A DNA stretch of 62,096 nt, counting the filler, from Chiloscyllium plagiosum (lineage: Eukaryota): NCBI RefSeq assembly GCF_004010195.1. It is 3 parts of one record of this genome, joined end to end, with 100 filler letters (N's around TTAATTAATTAA, not from the genome) between each part and the next. Parts side by side here need not be neighbours in the genome. Positions count along the whole stretch, not along the records: positions 1 to 19,404 come from NC_057716.1; 2 more parts are not named here. One strand, given 5' to 3'. The position numbers and the translations under genes are program-made. The notes beneath the pieces are model-generated. The model searched no databases. It was given only the letters and a program-made list of their open reading frames with translations, and was not told the origin of the DNA. Below, one piece after another: positions 1 to 13,273 of the stretch. Within the stretch, counting starts at the first letter, position 1, and each line of letters opens with the position of its first letter.

Positions 1-1010
1 AGTCATACAGACTGGCATAGAAGGATTTACTCACCCTCATGACGTCAGCCTGAGATGACGTTTTCGAGCCATCTTCTTCCTTCAGGCTGCTGAGCACGGA
101 GCTCTCTTTGTGCACCTTTTGGAAGAAGAAACGTGAGCATGTGTCGTCCTGCTCCACCGAGCGGACCCTGGACCGGAAGATTATCTTGGAGGCCTCCGAG
201 GCAAAGTGCGAGGCTTGCTGGCCCTTCACCTCCTTGAGGTCCTCCGTGACATTCACCCCCATCGTCTGCAGCAGGAGCAGGTTCTGTATACTTTCTTGAA
301 GCTGGGACAGTGTTCCCCATCTCTCTCTCGCCTTGTGAACACCCTTGAGGATGAAGAACCTCTTGATGTTCCCTTTTACTGTTTCTCACCAGTCCGCTGG
401 GGACTCAAAGTGGGGCTTCACAGTTCTCCAACCTGCGTAGTCCCTCTCGAACTCCTCAATGTTTCCCAGGGTCAACAGCTTTGTGTTCAGCTTCCACGTT
501 CCCTTACCAGCCCGCTGCTCGTCCTGTAGGTGACAGTCGGCCAGCAGGAGGCACTATTCAGAGAAGAACACCGGCTGGACGTCGGTGGATCTGACCGAGA
601 GTACACATCCGCTACTTCGAACCCGCAGCACTCCAGCAAAATCTTCTTCACGAACACCGTCCGATCGACTGGTGTGTGCTCCTCCACCTTCTTCACAGTC
701 ACCCTGACTGTGTTGCGAATGCCCTGGCCAGGGCTGCGAGCGGCTCCTGAGGCCATAGCTCTGAGGTTGGCTGGTACCTGAATTGGCGTTAGGCCGAAGC
801 CAGCATAAAGATCCACCGAGAGCAGGTCAGCACAACCAAACGATCCTCCAATGTCTAATCACGATCCAGCGATGGTCTCCAGCAGCTCCGATGACTCGCA
901 ACACGATCCCCGCAGTTCCTCCCCCGCCGGCACACGTCCGCTGCGTCGAACCTACAGCACTCGAGCAGAATCTCTTCCTCTGGTTCTCAGGAACTTCACT
1001 GGAAGAGCAG
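1..1010 (-). mobile_element. Tx1/L1-clade non-LTR retrotransposon, 5' part with large internal deletion
   Basis: Minus strand gives an ORF1-like N-terminus (MASGAARSPGQGIRNTVRVTVKK...FVKKILLECCGF) joined at ~595 to ORF2-like sequence (GKGTWKLN, IKRFFILKG, TCSRFFFQK). GC-rich; runs off the window start. Confidence 0.75.
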
Positions 1011-1929
1011 CAGAGGATGTGAAATGTACCACCTCTGCAGATACTGTCAGGTAGATGGGTTAACTCCTTGGCCCTTAGATATGTCAGTGCACGGGAACTG
1101 CATCTTGTATAATCAAATAGCTTGCTTGTTATGTATTATGTGCTCATGTGACTCCAGCTGTATCTGTGTTTTGTGACAGTGATAGGATTGTCCACGGGTG
1201 GGAGCAACCATATCTCAAAGAGCAGGTTGTTTTCCCTGCAATCACTTGTCTGATTCTGTACCATGTGTAAAAATGTGTGGGGAATTTGAGAGGTGCATTA
1301 TGAAGGCACCAGAATATATGGACATGCAAATTAGGAACAGAAGTAGGCCATTTGGATCATGAAGCCTGCTCTCCCATTCATGAAGATCATCGCTGAGCTA
1401 ATTGTGGCCTCAATTCCACATTCTTGCCTATCCATAATAAAAACCATTTGACTCCCTTGTTGATCAAGAAGTTATCTACCTTTCTGGAAAGTATTCAATG
1501 ACCCTCCTTTACTGCTTTGGTGAAGTTACCATTTAATAAACATGCATGACATGCGAATGTATTAATAAAACATTCCCATCACTTGCCATTAAGGAGTTTG
1601 ATTCTGTTTCAATCTGCAATCAATGTACTGCTACAGATTCATTCTGCCCATCAGGAAACTGACTTTTGGTCTCCTCCACAATTAACTGTCCCACAGTTAA
1701 CTGTCCTGAACTTGGGCGCTTCACACATATTTGCCTATATATACAAATCTCCTCTGTTCTCTTGAACCGCATGCAGCTGAAAAGAAGACAGCTGCTTTGC
1801 TTAATCTTATTGGTACTGTTCCTTTTGTTTCTCATCAGAGGAATCTGGTACAGCTGCGTCAGCTGCTCCCATGATGTAGTGAAGGATCACAATAGGGATA
1901 TGCAGATTTCGCTGGGTAAAATCAAAGGG

Positions 1930-2230
1930 AGCAGAGGTGCAGACTCAGATTTGGCAGTTGTGAAAATTTAAATTATATGAATAAATCAGGAATTGAAAGC
2001 TCATCTCAGTAATGGAGATCATGAAACTGACATTGATTGTTGGAAATGTTCACTGATTCAGTAATGTCCCTTAGGGAAAGACATCTGTCATCCTTGCCCA
2101 GTTTGGCCTACTTGTGACTACAGACCACAGCAGTGTGATTGCCTCTTAATTGCCCTTAGAAATGGCCTAGCAAGTCAGTTCAACCACATCTGAGATGGGT
2201 AATAGCTGCTGCCTTGCCACTAATGCCATA
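1930..2230 (+). mobile_element. Degenerate SINE (Deu-domain/SacSINE1-like)
   Basis: Similar to 14140-14460 and 47160-47670 (e.g. cactgattcagtaatgtcccttagggaa...gtgactacagaccacagc). Family name from recall. Confidence 0.5.
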
Positions 2231-2658
2231 ATGAGAAAAAAGTAGTGACTTCCAAAATCTCCCTCCGTATAAGTCCTGTGAATAAAAGGCTCTCATCTTG
2301 TAAAAAATGTAGTGTTAGTTATAGATGTGGTATCAGTACATGAGGGCTTTTCCAGACAGTCATTTTCACAGAGAACACTCCCTGCTGTGCTCTCACCTTG
2401 TTAATTTCAAAGAGTTTCTCACAGCTTGAGAAACCCATGTGCAGGCTGTTAAAGCTGAAATTAAGCTTTCACTGATAAAACTTCTAGCAAATTCAAATAA
2501 CGGATCCACCATCTCCGTGAGGGTTTCCTGCATTTGGTCAAAGGCCAAGTTGGAGTATGCATGATCAAGTTAACTCTCCAACATGTTACCATTTGTTTGT
2601 TGATTAAACAGCTTGCCTTTATTCAGCCCTCCACTACTCTTTACAGGCTAAATTTCTG

Positions 2659-2844
2659 GAAGTAGGTTTGCTCACTGAGCTGAAAGTTTCATATCCAGAC
2701 GTTTCGTTACCTTACTAGGTAACATCTTCATTGCTTCGCATGAGGTCCACTGAAGATGTTACTTAGTAAGGTAACGAAATGTCTGGAAATGAACCTTTCA
2801 GCTCAGCGAGCAAACCTACATCCAAATCTTCTCAAAACTCGCTA
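2659..2844. mobile_element. Palindromic non-autonomous Penelope-like element with hammerhead core
   Basis: Inverted arms ~2657-2824; CTGAAGA-stem-GAAA core at 2750-2779; 14-bp direct repeat AGGCTAAATTTCTG at 2645-2658 and 2845-2858 (TSD). Confidence 0.8.
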
Positions 2845-3960
2845 AGGCTAAATTTCTGCTTAGTGTAATTGATTCCGATGAAACAATTATCAACAGAAAT
2901 AATTAGAACATAGAACGTAGAACAGTACAGCACAGAAACAGGCCCTTCAGCCCACGATGTTGCGCCGACCACCGATCCTCATGTCTGCACCCTCAAATGT
3001 CTGTGACCATATGTATGTCGAGGAGTCTCTTAAATGTCCCCAATGACCCTGCCTCCACAACTGCTGCTGGCAACGCATTCCATGCTTTCACAACCATGTT
3101 TAGTAATACAGCAGACTTTGATTTTAAGCTGAAAAAAGCCAATAAACTGACAGAAACCTGATCTAAATTATAGGATCAGCAGTGAACAATAATGCTCATC
3201 ATTTATTACATATGTACTTGTCAAACAGCACAATGCTACCTACAGTGGCCTGTATGAAAAAGGCACCCCAATTGTGTACCTTCACAACGAATCAGATTGC
3301 AAAACACATAACAGGATTTCTTAATATTCTCATTCATTAGTGGAAGCACGATGAAGAAACATGTGACTTTGCCAGGATGCAAAGGAACCCAATGGTGCAG
3401 GGTGACACAGAGTGCTTCTGTGCAGTTCTTATTCAACAAATCTGTACTTGGTGTTCTACCATGCCAAGACCTTCATCCGGGTGAAAGTCCGCTATCCTGG
3501 CAGCAGTCACGGTCCCTGATCATGCATGATTCAATCCTATTTTAATGCTTTTGCTCACAACTAGAGAGGAAAGGGGTTCTTCCTCCGCAGTGTAACTGAC
3601 AGACCCTCCACAATCCTAACAAGCTGTTTCAGAACCAGTATGCCCCCTAAAGCCACTGAGATCCCCAACAGTAATGCCAACAGTTTGAGACTGCATATTG
3701 GTGAGCTGGACTTAATTGACATCAAATGTAGGTTTCATGGCCTCAGTGTGAGCTTCCACCACAGCACTGAGATCTTGGCTTTGATGGTTTTGATTGACAA
3801 ACTTGCAACAGAGGGTGATGGAGCAGCCACCAGATGCTCTAACGCCTCCCCTCGCCACCTGTTGTTTCCTTCAGTAATCAGTGAGCTTCCTCAGGGAGGA
3901 GAAAAAAGAGAAAATTAAATGTTTGTAATTGTGGGGCATCGTGCAGGCTGATATTTTTTT

Positions 3961-4071
3961 TAGATTAGATTAGATTAGATTACAGTGTGGAAACAGGCCC
4001 TTCGGCCCAACAAGTCGGTCTCATGGCGCTGTGAGGCAGCAGTGCTAACCACTGTGCCACCGTGCCGCCCG
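3961..4071 (-). mobile_element. Internally deleted HE1-type SINE
   Basis: (TAGAT)n tail joined directly to head sequence gctgtgaggcagcagtgctaaccactgtgccaccgtgccgccc, as in the 44420-44720 copy. Confidence 0.75.
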
Positions 4072-6339
4072 ATATGTTATGACTTTTGGAACAAACTTGC
4101 ATGGACAAAATTAAGTTCTGGCACGATATCCCCTTAATCAACTACATTGCTAACACTTCAGTTTTTAAGCTATGCAGCAATTGTCATAATTTAGGAAAGA
4201 TTCTGTGGAGTAACAATATGTCAGCAAGTAGTTGATGCTTTTAGCAAAGGAGAGTAAAGCAAGTTGTCAAGGAAGCAACACTAATGTAGAAAGGCTAGTC
4301 TGGACAGCAACAGACCAACTATTTAGAGCAATATAATACTCTCCATTTACTCACAATCATTTTATATCCACTACCAAATTGATTTATGGATGCAAAGGAA
4401 AATGAGTCATCATATGAGGGACATTTCACTCTGGTGAATAGATATTTCATCTGAATACCAGGTTTAAAAATGGAAATCGGCAATTAAAGAATTAGTGACA
4501 TAATGATGTCAACGTTTAACAGTTTATTTAAGAAAGGTAAAATATCACTATGAAAGTGATGTTCACAGTTCACACTGTAGAAGTGTAATTCTGCAATAGC
4601 AGGAACTTCCTAGCAGTCAATGTATCATCTCTGGATTAAAAACTGAACAAGTGCTTAAAAATAGATGAAGAAAAGGAGTTTGTCTAAATAACTGTTCTGA
4701 ATGGATTACACAATTCACAAAATAAGGAAGAAATATATTCTAAAATTCAAAATTGCCAGTTTATCATTTAAAAGTCTATTAACAACGTTCAAGACAAATA
4801 AACTAGAATCCTAAAAGAAGAAAAATGGATTTTGGATGAATAAGTATAAAAAGATCTGTAATGAAATATGTATAGACAGAAGATAAATATTAATTTGCTA
4901 AAATGAAAAATGAAAATAACTATGTTAAGGAAATGTAATTTATTTTTGTGCATTATGTTGGGGCTGGAACTTTTAAATGGGCCATTAGGTAAAGGCTCCA
5001 TCTGCCTATACAGGTAAATATAAACAATCAGCTGCAGTAGTTAAAAAAGAGCAGAGTGCTTCTTCCAGTGTCCTGGCAATTATTTAACTCCCAAGTATCA
5101 CTTTCAAGAATAGAACATTTTGTCATTTATAACGTTGTTACTTAGGGGATCCAAGGGTGAAATCTTACAAGGGTCTGAACAATGAGGGTTGTCACCAGAA
5201 ATGTGGCAGAATCACATGAGGCATGTCTCAATGTTGGGATCAACTTGCTGCATCTTTTCGTGAAGTCCCAAGCACTGAGGCAAGATTCTTGCTCGGCACT
5301 CTCAAATTGCCTATTATTTGATGTTAATTGTGTTTTAACTGCACTTCTCATCTTATTAATATGCAGTTTCCTATCCTAGTACCCAACTGAGCAAGAACTA
5401 GATGCTGAGAATTCTTGATATGCAAGTTAGAGCAATCCAAGAGAACTTCAGCCTACAGCTTGCTCCAAAAGACGTCTATGTTGAACACTAGGCATCAACA
5501 TGTGAGGTACCCACATCCACAGATGCGGCAACTGATATATGCCAGCATATAAAACTCAGGGTATATTTCTGACCTAATTACTGTATGCTTCTGGATTCCA
5601 ATGTTGCAACTTGGAGTGCAACATCAACTGGCATTGAAATGTTGCAGCCAGGACACTGTGCTTTCAGGAACACATATCCAGCTCACGGACTGGACCAAGT
5701 TGCACCTCTGGTCTGTCCACTTGCTCTCTGAGCAATCACTCACTTTGAGCCTACCTGGATGCTGACAACATCTCTGCCTTGCTTCACCATGCCATGCCTT
5801 TTTGTGCTCTGCCGCTCTGCCAGCGATGTCAGACTCAGTGCTGCTGTCTTGACCTGCCATTTAATGCAGACATGAAGCCAGAAAGTTTGTCATGTTTGTC
5901 AACTGTCCTCAGTCAAGTCAAGGGAAATAGTCTTCAGCCAGGGAGTCATGTTACAGTAAGACAAGAGCAACATTTATTTCCAGTTCAGGGGCCTGGACGT
6001 GATCAGTCACCCGCTCATAGGAATCAGAATCGGACTGTTCTCCACATAAGGGGTGAGAAGCTGAATATTGGGTAGCTCACAACGCTGCTTGATTCTGTCA
6101 TATTGTGGACTGTTTTCTTCCTGCAACGGGAGGGAGTCAGATATTAAGGGGATGAAATTGAGAGGTACAGCTTTTAGTTTTGGTGCAGATGGGTAGGCAG
6201 TGCAGAGGACATGCAGTGTTTGTATTGGATGATCGTAAGACAGGAAAGATTTTGCAGGAAATAGCGAGCATAGTATAGCATGATTCTTGTTGAGAAGAGG
6301 GTGCAGTAAAAAGACAGAGCGAGTGTGAATTATCTGAGT

Positions 6340-6910
6340 GATGGTGGCACCTAGCTGATGGAATGGTGAAATTAATTGACAAACTTACAGGGCACTGATG
6401 TGACCACAGGTGGAGTAATGTGTGCAGTTTTGGTCTCCTTATCTGAGGAAGAACATTCTGGCTATGGATGGAGTGCAGCAAGAGTTTTTCAGACATTCCT
6501 AGGATATCAGGACTGACATATGAACAGAGAGTGAGTCAGTAAGGACTTTATGGACTGGAGTTTAGAAGAAGGAAGGCAGATCTCATAAAACCCCATACTG
6601 TTCCAACAAGACTGGTTAGGATAAATGCAGGAAGGATCAGGGGTCAAGGATCAAGGATACAAGGTGTGCCATTCAGAACTGAGATGAAGAGACATTTCTT
6701 CACCAGAGAATAGTGAGCCACTGGAATTCTCTGCAACATAATGCGCTTGAGGCCCAAACATTGAATGTTTTCAAGAAGGAGTTAGATATAGTTATTAGGG
6801 CTAAAGAGATCGAAGAGTAAGCAAAGAATGTGAGTACAGTGTGCTGAGATGGCTGATCAGCCATGATCATGTTTAATGGCTTACTCCTGCTCCCAGTTTC
6901 GATATTTCTA
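6340..6910 (+). mobile_element. CR1 LINE 3' fragment
   Basis: Degenerate CR1 ORF2 C-terminal motifs (gtgcagttttggtctccttat, gagatgaagagacatttcttc) and 3' end. Confidence 0.7.
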
Positions 6911-7458
6911 GGTCATTGATATTTTTCCCTGTGGTGATATGCATTCCTCCTGATGAGTGAGACTGCACTGAACCAAATGGCAATCTCAGACCAGGCTGGC
7001 ATGGCTCCTGGGCAAGAGAATGTCCCGCATCTGCATCTCTCCATCCACTGATACCTCTGGGTCCAATTCTGCAAAGTTAAGCCACCAATATCCCAGTGTC
7101 TGCCATGTCTGAGGCGAATGTCACAAACCTTGCAGTGCAGATCCAGCCTGACAATGTTTGATTGGCTGCACAATCATCCTTTTAACAATGCCACTGCTGC
7201 AGGCTAATGTTGAGATATCCCAGCAATGGTGACTTGTTTCAAGTACGACATGAGGTAGAATGGGGCTACAATTGGGTGAGAGGAGAATCATTGAGGTGGG
7301 GTAAGTCTGGAATGAAGTGTATTTGGTCATATATAACAAGAGATCTTGCACACTTCATGATGTAAAACCTATATAAAACTCAACAAAACTGATAGTCTTC
7401 TTAAAAAAAATAAGATTCAGCCCTTTTTGCTTTTGAGCTGGCTTCTACACTTCACTAT

Positions 7459-7663
7459 GCTGTGGAAGTTGTTGGACTGGGGCAGGCAAAGTCAGAAGTC
7501 GCACAACACCAGTTTATAGACCGACAGGTTTATTTGAAATCACAAGCTTTCGGAGTGCTGCTCCTTTGTCACTTCACCTGATGAAGGAGCAGCACACTGA
7601 AAGCTTGTAATTTCAATTAAACCTGTTGGTCTATAACCTGATGTCGTGTGACTTCTGACTTTG
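7459..7663. mobile_element. Palindromic PLE-derived element with hammerhead-like core
   Basis: Inverted arms ~7487-7663; CTGATGA 7578-7584 and GAAA 7599-7602; 8-bp direct repeat TTCACTAT at 7451-7458 and 7664-7671. Confidence 0.7.
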
Positions 7664-8687
7664 TTCACTATAGTCAGTAGTGACTAGGGCTCCAAAATGT
7701 TATGTTGTTTAGCAACCACTTCATATGTCCTGAAATCATGAAAGGCAACTTGCAACTTGCTAAATTGTTACAGGCCTCATATTCTTCGTACAATTAGTGA
7801 GTAAGATAACTTTTAGAACAGATTTGTATACATTTTGACTCTATTCACTTGTAAAATGATCACTCATGAATTGTCACCCCTTTTTAACATACCACAGGTA
7901 TCATATTTATCAGGTAGTTCATACTTCAATAAAAACGTGTAAGAAAACACAAATTTCTGTTTATGCTAAAGAATTACTTTGGCATGTATTATCAAAATTA
8001 CAGATAGGTAATGCTTTGTGCATCACACCACATGCAAATCTCTAGCCATCCAGGGCTATGATAACCTTGTGGGAGAGTCCAATAAAAAGTTATATTGGAA
8101 ATTAATCTGAAAAGTTTCTCCATATTCCATTGTGAACAATTGTGCCCAAGAGAGCACACTTCCCATGATTTATAGTGCATAATATTCATAATAGGATGAA
8201 AACCTTTATTATATATTTGCATCTTGAATGGCACTTTCTGATGGAGGGTATATTCTTTGCTTTGGTGCAGGGAAGGCTTGTTGTCTTACACTATGTATGA
8301 GTTTGCTTTTCACAGTACTACCTTCAACCCAATGGTTTGATGCTGTCTTGCATTATTTTAATCACCTTGTCGCATGTTTCAGAAAGATTTACACTAATTA
8401 ACTAAGTTATGGAATTTATGAAGAAGTGCCATTAGTTTTCAGGTAGTTATGTTGTAATGTTGAACTGTACATTAATGAAATAATTTCACTTCTTTTCAAG
8501 ATACCTGAGAAACGACACCAGTTAGCCATGAAGAAGCTGTGAACCATAGAAAATCTGCAAAGCTTTCTGCTTTTACAGACTTCTTGAATTTTCATGATGT
8601 ACATAATGGCATAAACTTCAAAAATTGACCGTTTGATTCTGCATCAATTTTGTCCTATATGTGATATAATATAAAGACGTCATCAGA

Positions 8688-9668
8688 ATGGCTTCGAAGG
8701 TCTCATGTTTATATATTTTAACAGTTGTTTGCTGGGCAAGTGCTCTTTGGTACTTGAGTGCAACTCGTCCTTCATCATCTTATGTCGGGCACAGCTCATT
8801 TTCCCGTATTGCGGTTGAGAGAAAAAATTTCAGCTTTACTAATATTCGAACTCGTTCCCTGAATCCACATAATTTCAATTATCTTATTAATGAGCCTAAC
8901 AAATGTAAGCAACTTAGCCCTTTTTTAGTGATTCTTGTAAGCACAACACACAAAGAGTTTGATGCACGGCAGGCCATAAGGGAAACATGGGGAGATGAAA
9001 ACAACTTCAAAGGAGTACAACTGGTCACCTTATTTCTGCTTGGAAAGAACACAGACAATGTTTTGAATGAGATGGTTGAACAGGAGAGCCAAATATTTCA
9101 TGACATTATTGTGGAGGACTTTCTAGATTCCTACCATAACCTTACTCTGAAAACTTTAATGGGTCTGAAATGGATAGCCAACTTTTGTTCAACAGCAAAG
9201 TATGTAATGAAAACTGACAGTGATATTTTTGTCAATATGGACAATTTGATATACAAATTACTCAAACCAAACACAAAGCCACGGAGAAGATATTTTACTG
9301 GCTATGTTATTAATGGGGGACCAATAAGGGACATTCGCAGCAAGTGGTATATGCCTAGAGATTTATACCCTGACAACAATTACCCACCATTCTGTTCAGG
9401 CACAGGATATGTCTTTTCTACAGATGTGGCTGAAGCTATTTATAAAACATCTCTTCATACTAGAATGCTGCATCTTGAGGATGTCTATGTTGGACTCTGC
9501 CTGCGTAAACTTGGCATTCATCCCTTTCAGAATAGTGGTTTCAATCATTGGAAGGTTTCATACAGTTTGTGCAGGTATCGTAGACTAATTACAGTGCACC
9601 AGATATCTCCTGAAGAAATGCAGAGGATTTGGAATGAAATGTCAAGCAAAAAACATCTTCGATGCTAA
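8688..9668 (+). CDS. B3GALT1: Beta-1,3-galactosyltransferase 1 (GT31), 326 aa, single coding exon
   Basis: Intact ORF MASKVSCLY...SKKHLRC with N-terminal signal anchor and GT31 motifs RQAIRETWG, DSYHNLTLKT, KTDSD, YPPFCSGTGY, EDVYVG. Candidate upstream acceptor ttcacttcttttcaag ending 8500. Confidence 0.96.
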   Translation: MASKVSCLYILTVVCWASALWYLSATRPSSSYVGHSSFSRIAVERKNFSFTNIRTRSLNPHNFNYLINEPNKCKQLSPFLVILVSTTHKEFDARQAIRETWGDENNFKGVQLVTLFLLGKNTDNVLNEMVEQESQIFHDIIVEDFLDSYHNLTLKTLMGLKWIANFCSTAKYVMKTDSDIFVNMDNLIYKLLKPNTKPRRRYFTGYVINGGPIRDIRSKWYMPRDLYPDNNYPPFCSGTGYVFSTDVAEAIYKTSLHTRMLHLEDVYVGLCLRKLGIHPFQNSGFNHWKVSYSLCRYRRLITVHQISPEEMQRIWNEMSSKKHLRC

Positions 9669-10821
9669 ATGTACATAAGTACATGAATGATTTACAGATG
9701 CTTTTTGTTGCCACTCAACCTCGAATCAAAAATCTGTGTTGATTCACTAAGGCAGTTAAAATGTTTTTACAGCAGAGAAGGAACTTTAACCTCTTATAAT
9801 GGCACCCACTGTCACAAATATAAATGCTGAATAATTTAACCTAACAGTTAATGACTGCAATTACTATCATATATAGTAATTAATTGAAATGGTCTTGTTT
9901 GTTGTTGGACTGTACATTTAAAGTAAATAAAAAAAGTTAGGTGTATGTTTTAGTTCATTTAAAAATAATTAATCGTGTATTGATATATGTGTCATGGGAT
10001 AAACAGTGTTATTGCTAGAAGTGATATTTATTATACATTTATTGCTTATATAATTATGTTACTTGCTTAAGAAGAATGTGCAAATGCCAAGATTTTCAAC
10101 TTAAATTTACCTTTTAGTAACTAAGTATTTTATTTAAATGCATTCATATAAGCGATGTGTGGATCAGAGAAAATTGATACAAAGTTCAGTTTAGTTCAGG
10201 ATTGTAAAACTCAGTCTGGTCAACTCATCCAGTACAGTGTAATTTGTTAAACCTGCATAATATCCATAATTATTTGATTCTTTATATAAGGGTAATGCTG
10301 CCTTTCTTTAAGAAGGATGCTCTGGACACCTTGAATGCATTATCTTACTTGGTCTACAGAAAGTACTGGATATCATTCTACTAAAGTATGTCAGATTATA
10401 GTTTTATGAAGATAAATAAATTGTAATGCATTTGATTTTCTTGACATATTGAGTTATTGTAAGTGGTGTGAAAATAAGTGTTTTAAGTGTGGATTGGATA
10501 ACAGATAATTGAGTGATTTAATAGTTATATTGTATGTACATAAATATTAAGAACATTAACTTTGACCAACATTAAAACTGTGCTGTGAATTTGTTACAGG
10601 ATTCAAACATTTACCATCTTCTAAATGGTAAATTAAAGACAGTTTGAATAATGTAGTGTTCAAATCAAGCTGATACATTGGCATTCGTATACATAACAAA
10701 CTGTATGTATTTGTACATGCAAAAGAGAGAGTTTGAATATCTTTACATTATGATATCATAGTTGTCTCCTCTATCAAACTGACTAGTTAAAAAAAGCTGA
10801 GAGCACAGATTTTAATGTTTC

Positions 10822-10832
10822 AATAAATAATA
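10822..10832 (+). promoter_or_regulatory. Candidate polyadenylation signals (overlapping AATAAA) for B3GALT1
   Basis: caataaataaataa in AT-rich, repeat-free sequence 3' of the ORF. Other AATAAA sites exist (e.g. ~9926), so use is unproven. Confidence 0.35.
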
Positions 10833-12689
10833 ATTTATTAAGCATTTCAAGAAATCAGTTTTCAATGTTCAAAGTAAGGTGTGGCTGTATTGTGATTTTG
10901 CGTTTGAATGCATATTTTGTGATGTGAACTAAATTAGATTCAAATTCAAAGGCTGGAATTGAATGGATGAATGTAGAATTGACTGAAAGCCGATTGTAAA
11001 GTGGTTTGGTATCTTTGTAGAATGCTGTAAACTCATCAGTACACATATATTCTGAAATGTATATTACAGCTGTCCTTGTTTTTCACTCTTTTAAAAGAAA
11101 ACAAACTGAAAATGCTCAGTGGGTGCTATATTTTGTGTTTGTATTTTTTAGAAAAGCTGCATAAAGTTATTTTGATTGCAAGTGGGTATTTAAAATCTAG
11201 AAATGTAGGATTCTATAATTATTTGATTCTATGAAGTAATGAAATTATTTACTATTTTTAATTTAATTGCAATGAATCGCAGAAAGAAGCGAATGCATGC
11301 TTGTAAAATTAAAGATCCAGGGGAGAGTGATGTTTAACAGTTATTTTTGTTCACCAATTGACTGCTGAGTGTACAAATCTTAACATTTCTGACATGTTAA
11401 ATGAGTAGCTAGTGAGTTAAGTACCTCAATATCAAAGCATTTCACATATTTCAATACTTTCATTGAAGCTCTGTTACAACATAACTTTTGGAGAAGCAGA
11501 ATAGCTCAGGTAGCAAATTACAGATCTGTTAATTGCATTTCCAGAATTTGCTGTCTGATTTGCTTCATAATAACAATGATCACAGACAGCTTCAATTTTA
11601 TAAATTTCATTTTTTAAAAAAGAATTGTACCAGTGATATCAAACCAATTCTGCTGTCCCTTTGCTTATATGCTGGCATTTTTTTAAAATTGAGATAGAAT
11701 TTTTAGACAAATAAGTATTAAGTAAGTATAAGTCTTTAATCTTTATCATTGTATTATGATTATCAATGGTACATAATGTTCTGAAGGGTGCAAAAGATCA
11801 CTGAGGATCATTCTGTGCCATGCGTTGAGGAAATTGTAATTTGATTTAACTGGGCAAAAGTTGACTGAGCGACAGATAATCCAGCTTTATTCTTAAAATG
11901 CTGGAAGGATAATATAAGCGTAAACAGATAACATACGTAAATTGTACCAATAGAACATACTTAAATGGAAAACTGCTGCAAGATTAGAAACTAAGTTTGT
12001 TTTTCTATACAACATGGTAAATATATACAAAATTGCAAAGAATACCTATTTAAAGCAAATACTGATGAATGCCAAGTAACCCTCTGTGCCTTGGTTAAAT
12101 AACTAATCTTGGCAGTGGCAGAAACAGCATAGCCTAGATATCTAATGCTGCGGTTTTAATGTAAAGATGCAAGCACTTCAGAGCCCAATAGAGTGTACTT
12201 ATTTAATTCATAGGCAAAATTTCTATTTTAGGTTTCGTAAGCTGCTGGTGAATGCACATACCATGTGTTCTCAGAGTGGCCAAGCCAGAGGTCCATAAAG
12301 AGGCATCTGGAGGCTGCCACCCACAAGATAAGTTTCGAGTTTTGTTGTGATCTAAAAGAGTTGGGGAAAAGAACTGTGCTGTTGCTAACTCATACAAGCT
12401 CCTCACATAAGCCATAAACTTACCTACCTTTGATACTTCTGTAGGCCTGCATCGCAGCTGACCAATTTTACTCCTTATCCAAATACCCTTCTTGTCCTCA
12501 ACATTGTATTGTCATGCCCACATCTGGAAAGCTGTGTCCAAAGTCAGGAAAGACTCTGATATTAAGAATTGGTAGTACAGAGATTGAAGGGAATAATTAC
12601 CAAAACCCTGTCATCGGTCACCTTAAGCTATAATTAAATTGTGGTTTGGTTGCAATATATCAGCTATGTATTGCATACATAGTTGAAGA

Positions 12690-12773
12690 GTGTGACACTG
12701 GAAAAGCGCATCTGAGGAGCAGGAGAATCGACATTTTAGACATAAGCCTTTCATCAGGAGTAAAAAGCTTATG
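12690..12773 (-). mobile_element. PLE-derived terminal fragment with decayed hammerhead, cut by gap
   Basis: ggagcaggagaatcgacattttagacataagcctttcatcagga; same family as 58676-59021. Confidence 0.6.
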
Positions 12774-13273
12774 NNNNNNNNNNNNNNNNNNNNNNNNNNN
12801 NNNNNNNNNNNNNNNNNNNNNNNNNNNNNNNNNNNNNNNNNNNNNNNNNNNNNNNNNNNNNNNNNNNNNNNNNNNNNNNNNNNNNNNNNNNNNNNNNNNN
12901 NNNNNNNNNNNNNNNNNNNNNNNNNNNNNNNNNNNNNNNNNNNNNNNNNNNNNNNNNNNNNNNNNNNNNNNNNNNNNNNNNNNNNNNNNNNNNNNNNNNN
13001 NNNNNNNNNNNNNNNNNNNNNNNNNNNNNNNNNNNNNNNNNNNNNNNNNNNNNNNNNNNNNNNNNNNNNNNNNNNNNNNNNNNNNNNNNNNNNNNNNNNN
13101 NNNNNNNNNNNNNNNNNNNNNNNNNNNNNNNNNNNNNNNNNNNNNNNNNNNNNNNNNNNNNNNNNNNNNNNNNNNNNNNNNNNNNNNNNNNNNNNNNNNN
13201 NNNNNNNNNNNNNNNNNNNNNNNNNNNNNNNNNNNNNNNNNNNNNNNNNNNNNNNNNNNNNNNNNNNNNNNNN
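12774..13273. other. Assembly gap
   Basis: Run of ~500 N. Confidence 0.99.
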
